This document shows positions 30,131-40,413 of a DNA stretch of 64,000 nt, in pieces. The notes under the pieces are model-generated. The model made no database searches and had not been told where the DNA came from. It worked only from the letters and a program-made list of their open reading frames with translations. Every line of letters begins with the position of its first letter. The stretch's first letter is position 1. The stretch is from NCBI GenBank assembly GCA_965205025.1, contig CBDBFU010000021.1, forward strand, positions 70,854 to 134,853. Reading direction: 5' to 3'. The position numbers and the translations under genes were made by a program. This DNA comes from Candidatus Poribacteria bacterium (lineage in GTDB: Bacteria > Poribacteria > WGA-4E > WGA-3G).

Positions 30131-31870
30131 ATGGATAATGATATTATGAAAAATGAAGAAAATTATGCATTTGATGTGGCAGGTTACCTACACATCCCCA
30201 GTGTATTAAGTGAGGAAGAAGTTTCATCCTTAAACAGTGCATTAGATGCAATTTCTGGAAATGGAAATCTTTTAGGTGGTTCAGATCCCAATAGAGAATT
30301 ATTTCGTGACCTACTTGTACACCCAACCCTGGTGTGGTATCTGAATCAGATAATAGGTCACGGTTTTAGACTGGATCAAGCACCCAGTTTATTGGGATAT
30401 AGTGAGAGTGAGACAAGCATAGCACTTGAGGGAGGTGATGAACCGAGAAACCCTTCTCTGGCGTATCGTATACAAAAAGATAGAAGGAGTTGTCAGAGCG
30501 TTAAAGCAATTTGGGTTTTGGACGACATTGAAAATGGAGATGGAGGATTGGTTGTTGTTCAAGCAAGCCATAAGAGTAATGTACCAACACCTGATGATTT
30601 GAGTAAGGGTGTAGATGATATGGGAATTGTGATACAACCTACATTAAAAGCTGGCGATCTATTCTTATTAGCTACACCTACACTACAGGGTGTTCGACCC
30701 TGGAAAAATAAACCGAAACGTTTGTTGTCATACAGGTATGCTGCCCGCGCAGCTATCCAATCTAATCCAGAAGGTCCATTTTCAGAAACAGAATCATTAC
30801 CCAGATGGTCAGATGAAGCATCTGACGCACAGAGAGCTGTGATGTATATTCCTGGATATAAGGGTTCAAGTCCTCCACCAGTCATAAATACAGATGGTGA
30901 AAATACCTGGGTAGAGGAAGATACAACTGTTCTTCACCCATCATATTATACTCGTGATCCAAACTCTGGTATTGATGAGAAGGAGTTTTATTTTTGGGAT
31001 CTGAACGGTTATCTGGTAATACGGGGATTGATGGATGAACAATGGCTTGCAGAAGCAAATGAAGCAGTAGATAAGTTTCAAGATCGCATAGTTGTTGGTA
31101 ATGAACTTGCAGGAGGATCAGTAAGTCAAGCCGGTACAGGTCGTCCACTACTTTCAGGATTATTGGATCTGCCGGATCACTATAACCAACCATTTCGTAA
31201 GATGATTGCACATCCTGAAGTCGTTAAGAGACTGAATTGGATGGGTGGAAGCGGTTATCGTTGTGGTGGTGCAACTGTATTTTGTGCAGTTGAGGGAACT
31301 TCAGGACATGCTCTCCATGATGGGAACGAACCGATGAGTCCATCAAGAGGTTACGATTTTAAGAATGGACGAAGTTATGCTGAAACTGTAACTATTACTT
31401 GGCAATTACGTGATGTTGAACCCGGTTTAGGCGGATTTGCATGTGTTCCTGGATCGCATAAGACCCAGTATTCGATGCCACGCGGTATCCGTACTTGTGA
31501 TGATACTATGGGATTGGTAGTTCAACCTGTAATGAAAGCTGGTGATGTACTCTTCTTCATGGATGGTGGTTGTACACATGGTGCCTTAGCATGGAAAAAT
31601 CCTATTCCCAGACGTGGTGTATTAATTAAGTATCAATCTAAAAACGTGAATTGGGGCGGTGGTGTCGTTGATCCACAAGACCGATGGGGTGATATGGTGG
31701 AAGACATGACTGAAGAACAATTCGCTGTGATGCGTGGACCTGAAAGGGATGGACGACACAGAACTGTACCGCGTTTGATTGTGAAGGATGGGGAAGTGTT
31801 TGTATCATACGATCCAGAAGGGGACAGTTATTCGTCAAAATATCGAAAACCAGGTGAGAAACGTAAATAG
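30131..31870 (+). CDS. Tandem two-domain PhyH-family protein
   Basis: Two repeats each starting Y.[FW]D..GYL; domain 2 has LHDG, GGFACVPGSHK, THG; domain 1 lacks the His ligands. Confidence 0.85.
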   Translation: MDNDIMKNEENYAFDVAGYLHIPSVLSEEEVSSLNSALDAISGNGNLLGGSDPNRELFRDLLVHPTLVWYLNQIIGHGFRLDQAPSLLGYSESETSIALEGGDEPRNPSLAYRIQKDRRSCQSVKAIWVLDDIENGDGGLVVVQASHKSNVPTPDDLSKGVDDMGIVIQPTLKAGDLFLLATPTLQGVRPWKNKPKRLLSYRYAARAAIQSNPEGPFSETESLPRWSDEASDAQRAVMYIPGYKGSSPPPVINTDGENTWVEEDTTVLHPSYYTRDPNSGIDEKEFYFWDLNGYLVIRGLMDEQWLAEANEAVDKFQDRIVVGNELAGGSVSQAGTGRPLLSGLLDLPDHYNQPFRKMIAHPEVVKRLNWMGGSGYRCGGATVFCAVEGTSGHALHDGNEPMSPSRGYDFKNGRSYAETVTITWQLRDVEPGLGGFACVPGSHKTQYSMPRGIRTCDDTMGLVVQPVMKAGDVLFFMDGGCTHGALAWKNPIPRRGVLIKYQSKNVNWGGGVVDPQDRWGDMVEDMTEEQFAVMRGPERDGRHRTVPRLIVKDGEVFVSYDPEGDSYSSKYRKPGEKRK

Positions 31871-31994
31871 ATTTATAGTTGATGTAAATCTCGTAATGAA
31901 GACCCAGTGAATCCGAGTTAGGACTTCTATGGTTAGGAAACCGCACATCCTTAAATTATCGCTACATATCAAACACTAAAAGGTAGGTTTAGGA

Positions 31995-34067
31995 ATGTTA
32001 TCAACGACAGACAAGACACTCGTAAGTTGGTTCTGTTTTGATGAGGAAAATCCAAAGGACTGCAGTGTGATAACTGTGCAAGCAGCTGACAAGTATGATG
32101 CACTTGCTTTTGGTCAGGATGCTTCAGGTAAGTGGTCCATTGCCAGTGAGGATAACAACCGAACACAAACTGCAGAGCAACTTGCCAATAATCCTATCCA
32201 GGAAATTGTACTCGGGCAGTTCATGATGATGGCAGCAGTTTTCAAGGACAACTCAATCACTATTTACCGTGATGGTGCAGTCTACACCTATTATACCATC
32301 AAAGAACCGTTTGACTTTCTCAACAGTCCCTATTTACAATTGGTAATCGGCTCAGTTAATCTAAATCCCAACTATGCTACATCATTCAAAGGAAAAATCA
32401 AGGACGTCAGGATTTATGCACAGGCTTTAACACAAGAGCAGATTAATAACCTAATTCCAAATACGCCATCAGAAATTAAACCCTTTAGCTGGTTTGACTT
32501 CTCACAAGATGGTTGGTGGGTAGATCGTGCCGGTAAATTCCCAGAATTTAAAAACATGGCAGCGAAAAAGGAAAATGAAGAAGACCCATATATTGTTTTT
32601 GATAGAGACGATAGACACATGTTTACCATGGACAATGAAGCTGTACGAATCGCTCGTGATTTTCGGCAACGGTTAATGCATGATCCATCTCGTCCAACCT
32701 ATCACTTGGTTAATTCCGATGGTGATAACGAAAGAAACTATTCAACTGATCCAAATTTCATGATCTATTGGAAAGGACAGTACCATTTTGGTTATATGTA
32801 CAAGGGAGACGAACATGCCTTCGGACATTTTACCAGTACTGATTTGGTTCACTGGAGACGGCGTGGTGACTTTGCCTTAGGCAGTGGAGGATGTGGTACA
32901 GGTGGTACAATTATCACAAAAGATGGCAAGAAGGTCATATTCGTTGGGATATTCGGAGGGCGTGCGACCTATGTTGAAGCCTCAGATGAGCATTTAGAAG
33001 TTTGGTCGAAACCTATTGAGATTGATGTTCCGCAAGAAGCTCGTGATGCAGATTATTGGGTCTTCTGGGATCCTACAGTGTGGGTAGAAGGTGATTACTA
33101 TTATATATTTTCTGGTGATCACCCTATGCAAGATACTCGTCCTGGATTGGGAATTTGGTATAAAAGGTCGACTCTGATGCGTTCAAAAGATTTTAAGCAT
33201 TGGGAATTTCTTGGTAAATTTATGACGCATGAGTTACCTGGACTTGAAGAACATGATCATTCCTGCACTGATTTCTTCAAACTTGGAAATAAGTATATGA
33301 TGCTGCTTATTAGTCATAGTTGGGGGGCACGGTATTATCTGGGTGAGTGGAAGGATAACAAGTTCACGCCTGATTTTCATACTAAAATGAGTTGGACCAA
33401 TAATTATCGTGGAATACCAATCTATTGGGCACCAAAAACACTCCTAACACCAGATGGACGCAGAATCGTAATTACTAATATACAAGTCAATCTTGGAAAT
33501 ACCCTATGGAGTTGTGTATTTTCTTTACCATGGGAGTTAAGTCTTCCTGACGATGGGATAGTACGTATTAAACCAGTTCATGAACTTGAGTGTCTCAGAT
33601 ACAACGAAACTATTGAGAACGACATTTTAGTTAAATCTGGTAAGGACTACAGACTTAAGGAAATTTCAGGGGACACAGTTGAATTAAATGTTACACTCAG
33701 AACTACGGCTGCAAAAGAATATGGAGTAAAAGTCTTTTGTGATAAAGATAACAAGAATGGCATGGAGATATTCTATTCAACCGAGAAGAAGATTATATTA
33801 ATTGGTGATGGCAAAGAAGTAACAGAACCCTATCGTGGATCAAAACCCTATGGGGAGGCTCCATTCGAATTACAAAAGGGTGAAGATCTTAACTTACGTA
33901 TTTTCATTGATAGAGCACTTGTTGAAGTGTTTATCAATGAACGTCAAGCTGTTGTGCAAAGTCAAATACATAAGTCAGAGGATGTAGGAATATGTCTTTT
34001 CAGTCTTGATGGTGACATAAAGGCTGATGTAACTGGTTGGAAGATGGCACCCGCTAACCAATGGTAA
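31995..34067 (+). CDS. GH32-like glycoside hydrolase with N-terminal LamG domain
   Basis: LamG (F.GKI.DVRIY..AL); RP.YH, TDPN, HF.STDLVHW, WDP, SCTDFF, C-terminal LRIFIDRALVEVF. Confidence 0.85.
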   Translation: MLSTTDKTLVSWFCFDEENPKDCSVITVQAADKYDALAFGQDASGKWSIASEDNNRTQTAEQLANNPIQEIVLGQFMMMAAVFKDNSITIYRDGAVYTYYTIKEPFDFLNSPYLQLVIGSVNLNPNYATSFKGKIKDVRIYAQALTQEQINNLIPNTPSEIKPFSWFDFSQDGWWVDRAGKFPEFKNMAAKKENEEDPYIVFDRDDRHMFTMDNEAVRIARDFRQRLMHDPSRPTYHLVNSDGDNERNYSTDPNFMIYWKGQYHFGYMYKGDEHAFGHFTSTDLVHWRRRGDFALGSGGCGTGGTIITKDGKKVIFVGIFGGRATYVEASDEHLEVWSKPIEIDVPQEARDADYWVFWDPTVWVEGDYYYIFSGDHPMQDTRPGLGIWYKRSTLMRSKDFKHWEFLGKFMTHELPGLEEHDHSCTDFFKLGNKYMMLLISHSWGARYYLGEWKDNKFTPDFHTKMSWTNNYRGIPIYWAPKTLLTPDGRRIVITNIQVNLGNTLWSCVFSLPWELSLPDDGIVRIKPVHELECLRYNETIENDILVKSGKDYRLKEISGDTVELNVTLRTTAAKEYGVKVFCDKDNKNGMEIFYSTEKKIILIGDGKEVTEPYRGSKPYGEAPFELQKGEDLNLRIFIDRALVEVFINERQAVVQSQIHKSEDVGICLFSLDGDIKADVTGWKMAPANQW

Positions 34068-34321
34068 TGAATCCGATTCGTAAGGAATTATGTAATGCTG
34101 GTGATGTTGTGCTCTTCCGAAGCGAGGTCTGGCATCGGGGTACAGCAAATACGAGTGACGAAACACGATATCTCATGCAGGTACACTATGCAAAACGGAT
34201 GATTACCCAGAAATACTCTCCTTATCTGAATAAATTTCAGTTTGATGAAGACATTCTTGCACAAGCAAATCCTCGACAAAGAAGACTCCTCGGTGATCAT
34301 AGACCCAGTAATTATGATTGA
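34061..34321 (+). pseudogene. 3' remnant of a paralog of the PhyH gene 29249-30052
   Basis: 34091-34321 aligns without gaps to 29822-30052 (CNAGDVVLFRSEVWHRG...PSNYD*), differences mostly synonymous. Confidence 0.85.
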
Positions 34322-34322
34322 T

Positions 34323-35255
34323 ATGACATTCAACATACCTAAGAAAATACCACTTGGAACACGTTTCGAATTTGGTCATCACCATTTTCATTTTGGTGAG
34401 GAAATTGTAGAATTAACGGATTCCAGTCACCTACTCGATAATGTAGATGCATTACATCAAAGAATAGATGAGGATGGTTATCTATTTATTCGTGGTTTTC
34501 ATCAACGCAATGCTGCAGAAAAGGCAGCACTATGGACATTAAAAGCTATTGCACAGAACGGAGGAATTAAACCAAATACACCAGTAGAACAAGGTATCAT
34601 TAGTGATGATAATCGTACATTTAGTTTCTTTCGACAAACAGAAGTAGCACATGCCAAACCAATTCTTGATGTTGTTGATAGTAAACAAACAATGACATTC
34701 TATGAAGAATTCCTTGGTGGTCCTGTAATTACTTTCGACAAACGATGGCTTCGGTGTATGGCAACAGGTGGACACAACCATTTTCACTACGATAGTGTAT
34801 ATGTAGGACGCGGCACACAAAATCGATATACTATGTGGAGTGCATTGACTGACATAAACTTGGAGAACGGTCCATTGGTTATTTGTCTCAATTCACATAG
34901 ACATAATCGTTTAAAGTCAACCTATGGTGCCACCGATATGGATAGAGATTTGACAGATGCTGTCTTTAGTATAGATCCAAGAGAAATGGTGGATAAGTTC
35001 GGATTCACATTAGCAACGGCACACTTTCAACCGGGGGATGTCATAATATTTGGTCTTTACATGATGCATAGTAGTGCCCCAAACCGGTCTGATCGCTATC
35101 GCATTAGCATTGATACGCGCTATCAACTCGCATGTGAAGAAAAAGATGAACGCTTCTTCTTCCGAGAAGATGATACATGGCTCGGTAACTTCTATAATAA
35201 GAATGTAAAATATAAACCTATGGTAGAACTTCGAAAAGAGTGGGGTTTAGATTAA
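34323..35255 (+). CDS. PhyH-family dioxygenase
   Basis: EDGYLFIRG, HYDSVY.GRG, NGPLV, PGDVIIF....MH, RISIDTRYQ; ATG 1 bp after the remnant's stop. Confidence 0.88.
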   Translation: MTFNIPKKIPLGTRFEFGHHHFHFGEEIVELTDSSHLLDNVDALHQRIDEDGYLFIRGFHQRNAAEKAALWTLKAIAQNGGIKPNTPVEQGIISDDNRTFSFFRQTEVAHAKPILDVVDSKQTMTFYEEFLGGPVITFDKRWLRCMATGGHNHFHYDSVYVGRGTQNRYTMWSALTDINLENGPLVICLNSHRHNRLKSTYGATDMDRDLTDAVFSIDPREMVDKFGFTLATAHFQPGDVIIFGLYMMHSSAPNRSDRYRISIDTRYQLACEEKDERFFFREDDTWLGNFYNKNVKYKPMVELRKEWGLD

Positions 35256-35332
35256 CACTGACACTTAATAGGAATGACTTTAAATTCATCATGTTTGATG
35301 AATTATCGGTTATTTTATAATGGGAGATTCTT

Positions 35333-36971
35333 GATGACATATAAGAATAGTTGTTTTTTCATATTTATCATGACATTAACTTGCTTAGGCTTTTGTCTTC
35401 ATGCAGAGGTAAATACTACTGCAACTGGGACTGTATTCTTGGATTCCAACCAAAACCAAGTGAAAGATGATAACGAGAAAGGATTAGCAGAAGTCCGTGT
35501 ATCCAATGGGATGGATATTGTAGAAACAGATGAAAACGGACAATACACTCTAAATGTAAGTGATGACACCATTCTCTTTGTCATTAAACCGCGTGGGTAT
35601 ATGACGCCTGTCAATGAAGATCGTCTACCAAAATTCTATTATATACATAAGCCACACGGATCTCCTGATGGACTTAAATATGCAGGGGTTGCACCAACAG
35701 GTCCATTACCTGAATCAATTGATTTTCCTCTCTATGAACAAGACGAACCTGATACCTATAAAGTCCTTGTATTTGGGGATACACAACCCAGGAGTATGCA
35801 GGAAATCGAATGGTTAGCACATGATGTCATTGAAGAAGTGATTGGTAGTGATGCAGTATTTGGTATTAGTTTGGGTGATTTGGTGGGTGATAATCTAAAC
35901 TTATTTCAACCCCTAAATGAAGTCATGGCAACTGTTGGAATACCTTGGTATAATGTGTATGGTAATCATGATATGAACCGTACTGTCACTGATGACCAAT
36001 ATGCCGATGAAACATTTGAACGAGTATACGGACCAACCTGTTATTCTTTTGATTGGGGACCAGTTCATTTCATCAATATAGACAATGTTAACTTTTTCCG
36101 CAATGCTGAGGATCAACCAGCATATTCCAGTCAAGTTGGTGAAAAACAACTGACTTTTATAAAAAATGATCTTGTTCATGTGCCTAAGGATAAGTTAATT
36201 GTCATTTCATTTCATGTACCATTAACCGAAATGAATGATGTCGATAAATTGATGAATTTACTCGGTGATCGTCCACATACGTTATCCCTATCTGCACATA
36301 CACATATTCAACGGGATGATTTTGTTGGTCCTGAACACGGTTGGCATGGTGAACAACCGCATCACCACCATAATCATGCAACCACATCTGGCAGTTGGTG
36401 GCAAGGTACACTCGATGAAGTCGGTATTCCACATACAACGATGCGGGACGGTGCACCAAATGGGTATGGGATATTCACCTTCACCGGAAATAAGTACTCA
36501 ATTCGGTTTAAAGCTGCACGTCGTCCAGCAGACTATCAAATGAATATATGGACACCCTGGGAAGTTGAATCAGATGATACAGGAAATACTGATATATTAG
36601 TTAACGTATTTGGTGGGACGGAACGTTCTACAGTGGAATACCGTCTTGGTGAAAACAGCGAATGGGTAGAAATGGACTATATGCCGCAGAAAGATCCATT
36701 CTTTGTAAATGTCAAAGCAAGAGACGATATGATTAACCTTGAACGAAAAATGCACAATGTTCTACGTGATACGATGGATACTTTATTGAAGGAAGACACC
36801 AAACTGCCAAAAAGAGGAAAAGGTCTTAGTTATGGTGTACCAAGATCAAAGCACATGTGGCAAGCAAAACTACCTGAGAATGTACCTGTTGGAACTTATG
36901 TGATTTATGTACGGACTACTGATATGTTTGGACAGAAAGATACAGGTCGTCGCATCATCAGGGTGGAATAA
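35333..36971 (+). CDS. Secreted calcineurin-like metallophosphoesterase (MetallophosN/Metallophos/C)
   Basis: G.VF.D.N, FGDTQ, LGDLVGD, GNHD, SAHTH, GSWW, DGAPNGY. Confidence 0.9.
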
Positions 36972-37006
36972 CATACTTTTTAAAGGAAATAACTTTATCG
37001 TCTTAA

Positions 37007-38173
37007 TTACACCATAACGCTCTCAATCCAATCCTCATCAATTTCAAGACCGAAACCCGGTGCATCAGAGGGGATAAGATAACCATCTTTGATCACTGCT
37101 GTGCCCGGTATTTTCACCATTTCCTCTAATGGAACACCGGGAGAAGATACACCTTCTGAACGTTCACCCCAAGTAATGGCTGGCATTGCGTAGGATAGGT
37201 GTTGACCATAAGGATAATTCATTCCTCCATGTGCTATAACCGAAATCCCATGTGCTTCTGCGATATGACATATCTTCTGGGCAGAAGTGATACCACCACA
37301 CCACAATACATCTGGTTGAAATATATCAACCAATCTTTGTCCAGCAGCATTAGCAAATACGGTCGGTAGATACCAGTGTTCTCCAGTAGCAAGTGTTTGC
37401 CAAGGGATGCGTTCCCTTATTGTCTTATATCCAACCAGATCATCGGCGGATATATAGTCCTCCATCCATTTTAATCCATAAGGTTTTAGTATTTCACAAA
37501 TACGTACTGTATGTTCTACATCAAAATTCGTCCAAGCATCTAACATTAATTCGACATTGTCACCAATTACCTCACGTGTGGTAGCAACCAATTCTTCCAA
37601 TTTATGAATGCCTTCTAACCCATGTTCTGGACCATAAGGTGTAAATAGTTTTGTTGCTTTAAACCCTAACTCCATATACCATTCCTGATCAAACCCAGAA
37701 GCATAACAGAAAATCTTATCCTTTTGAGGACCACCAAGAAGTTCATACACCGGTTTATCCAACAGTTTTCCTTTAAGGTCCCACAGTGCGCAATCCACTG
37801 CACTGATCGCATAACTTGATAAGCCGGTTCCACCGAATGCTGTAGATAAACGCACCATGATATCCCATAGCTTTTCGGTTGCTATACAGTTCTCACCCAA
37901 TAGATTAGGTACAAAATGGTCTTCAATTATTCGGCAAACTGGTCCACCATAAAGTGAAAGACCAAATCCCCAAGTTCCATCTTCAGCAGTAACAATGACA
38001 GCAGGACGTTTCCAGTTAGATGAGGAGATATGACGACCTTCTTCCCATAATGTGGAATACCGATCAATTGGTCGATTTAATCTATATTCTTTAGATCTAC
38101 TCTGTGTACGAGGTTTTGTTATTGGTTTTGGATTTAGTTCTATTTCAACAACGCGTATCTCTTTGATATTCAT
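37007..38173 (-). CDS. Mandelate racemase/enolase superfamily dehydratase (L-rhamnonate dehydratase-like)
   Basis: AISAVDCALWDL.GK...PVYELLGG, K.TK, LMLDAW, WMED, TGEH, QPD..WCGGIT, PGFG. Confidence 0.88.
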   Translation of the reverse strand: MNIKEIRVVEIELNPKPITKPRTQSRSKEYRLNRPIDRYSTLWEEGRHISSSNWKRPAVIVTAEDGTWGFGLSLYGGPVCRIIEDHFVPNLLGENCIATEKLWDIMVRLSTAFGGTGLSSYAISAVDCALWDLKGKLLDKPVYELLGGPQKDKIFCYASGFDQEWYMELGFKATKLFTPYGPEHGLEGIHKLEELVATTREVIGDNVELMLDAWTNFDVEHTVRICEILKPYGLKWMEDYISADDLVGYKTIRERIPWQTLATGEHWYLPTVFANAAGQRLVDIFQPDVLWCGGITSAQKICHIAEAHGISVIAHGGMNYPYGQHLSYAMPAITWGERSEGVSSPGVPLEEMVKIPGTAVIKDGYLIPSDAPGFGLEIDEDWIESVMV

Positions 38174-38184
38174 AAATCACCTTA

Positions 38185-39111
38185 TTATATGTTTCCTTCA
38201 ATCCGTCCAAATTCTTTCAAAGTCTTCAAAGTATCAAGAGTTAATTTTGATTGCCATTCCCTCTTAGCAACTTCCCAAACCTCTGGATATAAATCACCCC
38301 ATGAAAAATTCGGTGACCATGAACCATCTTCCCCTTGGTGCTTAATCTCAAAATCTAAGTTCATATCAATCTCCTGTCTAAGTACATCAGTTAATGGTGA
38401 TGATGGTTTTGTAACCAACCAAATAGGTTTAAGTACATAATCATTTAGCACATCAGGTGATTTTGCAACAATTTTCAAAGCGGATTGTTCGATTTTCTTC
38501 CATAGTTTTTCTACATCTGGTAGATTATCAGTTTCTGCAAGTCTTGCACAACACAGGAGATCGTGCATTTCAAGGTCATCAGGAAGTGTGAATAGATGTT
38601 CCATTACTTCTGAGGTAAGGGATTCCAACCAATCTTTTGATACAAGATCCCCACCATAATCATGTAAATATCCAACTATTTCTACTCGTGGATTGATAAG
38701 ATATTTTCCAAAACATTCTCTGTTTCCCTCGTATGTCCACCATGGTGCATGGGGTGCATCCTCTACCTCAGGAGGAATTATATCCCATACTTTCTCCTTT
38801 TCATCGTAGGTATTTAGTAAATACTCCATCCCTTTCTTAACTATAGAATCTTCTGTATTCACACCGATTTCTTTTAATATTTGAAATGCACCTGTTGTAG
38901 CAATAGCTGAAGAAACCGTTGTTCTGAGATCTGGTTCTAAACTGTGTCCAAATCCCCCATCCTTGTTTTGATAAGTTGCCAATACTTCAAGGACACTATC
39001 TGCAGATCCATTCTCAAAATGGAATTCATAACGTCTCTTATCAAGTTCCCGTCCCTGATTGTTGATAAAACCCTTGGCATTTTGAAATGCCTTATTTGTT
39101 AGTTGGTTCAT
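38185..39111 (-). CDS. Prenyltransferase/squalene-cyclase-like alpha/alpha-barrel protein
   Basis: YQN.DGGFGH.LEPD.R, PHAPWW, Q.EDGSW. Confidence 0.75.
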   Translation of the reverse strand: MNQLTNKAFQNAKGFINNQGRELDKRRYEFHFENGSADSVLEVLATYQNKDGGFGHSLEPDLRTTVSSAIATTGAFQILKEIGVNTEDSIVKKGMEYLLNTYDEKEKVWDIIPPEVEDAPHAPWWTYEGNRECFGKYLINPRVEIVGYLHDYGGDLVSKDWLESLTSEVMEHLFTLPDDLEMHDLLCCARLAETDNLPDVEKLWKKIEQSALKIVAKSPDVLNDYVLKPIWLVTKPSSPLTDVLRQEIDMNLDFEIKHQGEDGSWSPNFSWGDLYPEVWEVAKREWQSKLTLDTLKTLKEFGRIEGNI

Positions 39112-39408
39112 AAATGGTATAATTCCTATAGAATTTTAGAATTTTATTTCATTATACATTCCTAATTCTGTATTTATCTATTGAATGATAATTGAATTGG
39201 GATTTATTGTTTGTAATTAACTTCAAAATGGTGTCTAATTATATTGCATCAAAAGAACGATTACTGTATATTGTTGAAAATAGATGTATATCTATCTATG
39301 TGTCTTAACAGGATAATTATATAAACGTTCATCTTACAACTCTATTACAAATAGTTTACACTTCAGACATGTTAGATTCAAAAAGTCAATTAATAAAGGA
39401 GAATAAAA

Positions 39409-40164
39409 GTGAATTATAAGATAACAGTTATAATAGTCTTATTTCTCAGTTTGATTGTATGGTCTAATTCTGGCTTCGCTGCAGGTCTTACAGACGGACT
39501 TGTTGGATATTGGCCACTTGATGGAAATGGTAAAGACAAATCTGGTAATGGTCATGATGCTGTCTTAAAAGGTGGTGCAGATTGGGTAAAAGATGGTTGG
39601 ATGAATGAAGCACTGATGACGGATGGAGCAGGTGGACATGCTGTTGTTGATGCAGCTTTTAAATTGGTAACACTGGAAATTACCGTTGTAGCACGTATAA
39701 ATGGATGGCGGACAATACCTTGGTCCGGAATAGTAGTAGGACGAGGTCCAACCACATTTTGGATGGGGGTTGCAGATAACGATACATTAACCTATGTGTG
39801 GAATAATAACAAGGCGGAGACATGGGCATGGAAAGGTGCACCTGCTGTCCCAGAAAATAAGTGGGCAATGGTTGCAATAGCAATTGAAAAGGATAAAGCC
39901 ACAAGTTATATTTATCACAGAGATAGTGGGAAACTTGATTCTGCCGCGAATGAAATTCCTCATATTGAACAAACTGTCATAAACCTAAAATTTGGTTGGG
40001 ATGAATGTTGTGGTGCCAGATATTGGAAAGGTATTATCGACGAAGTCATGATATTTGATCGAACTTTAAGTGCTGATGAAATTAAACAATTAGCATCACA
40101 AGGTTTAGCAGTTGAAAGTCATGGTAAACTTGCAACAACATGGGGAACACTTAAACTAAAGTAA
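39409..40164 (+). CDS. Secreted LamG domain protein with GKLATTWG tail
   Basis: Signal peptide, GLVGYWPLD...DKSGNG, GIIDEV.IFDR.LS, VESHGKLATTWGTLK. Confidence 0.9.
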   Translation: MNYKITVIIVLFLSLIVWSNSGFAAGLTDGLVGYWPLDGNGKDKSGNGHDAVLKGGADWVKDGWMNEALMTDGAGGHAVVDAAFKLVTLEITVVARINGWRTIPWSGIVVGRGPTTFWMGVADNDTLTYVWNNNKAETWAWKGAPAVPENKWAMVAIAIEKDKATSYIYHRDSGKLDSAANEIPHIEQTVINLKFGWDECCGARYWKGIIDEVMIFDRTLSADEIKQLASQGLAVESHGKLATTWGTLKLK

Positions 40165-40186
40165 GGGAACATAAGCTTATTATTTA

Positions 40187-40340
40187 AACCTAAGTTGCTA
40201 CTAACGGATTTTGATCGTTTCAACACAATTTTTCTGACACTTACCTCACCCCAGAGGGGTGATATGTCTATAGAAAAAGGTATATCAACATCCTGCACTC
40301 CAGCGGAGTGCTATGTAGTAAATAGGTGGCAACCTGGGTT
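40187..40340. mobile_element. MITE-like element with AACCTAAGTTGCTAC / GTGGCAACCTGGGTT inverted ends
   Basis: Internal CACCCCAGAGGGGTG and GCACTCCAGCGGAGTGC hairpins; same end motif near 15951. Confidence 0.6.
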
Positions 40341-40413
40341 ATTTAAGGAAAAATTAACTATTTCTGCATGAATAATTATTGATTTGGAAGGATAATACCA
40401 AATTTGGAAAAAA

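Noticed and set aside
384-35255. PhyH family expansion as a novelty
   Set aside because: Expansion of PhyH dioxygenases is already an established trait of Poribacteria; only the atypical member is reported.
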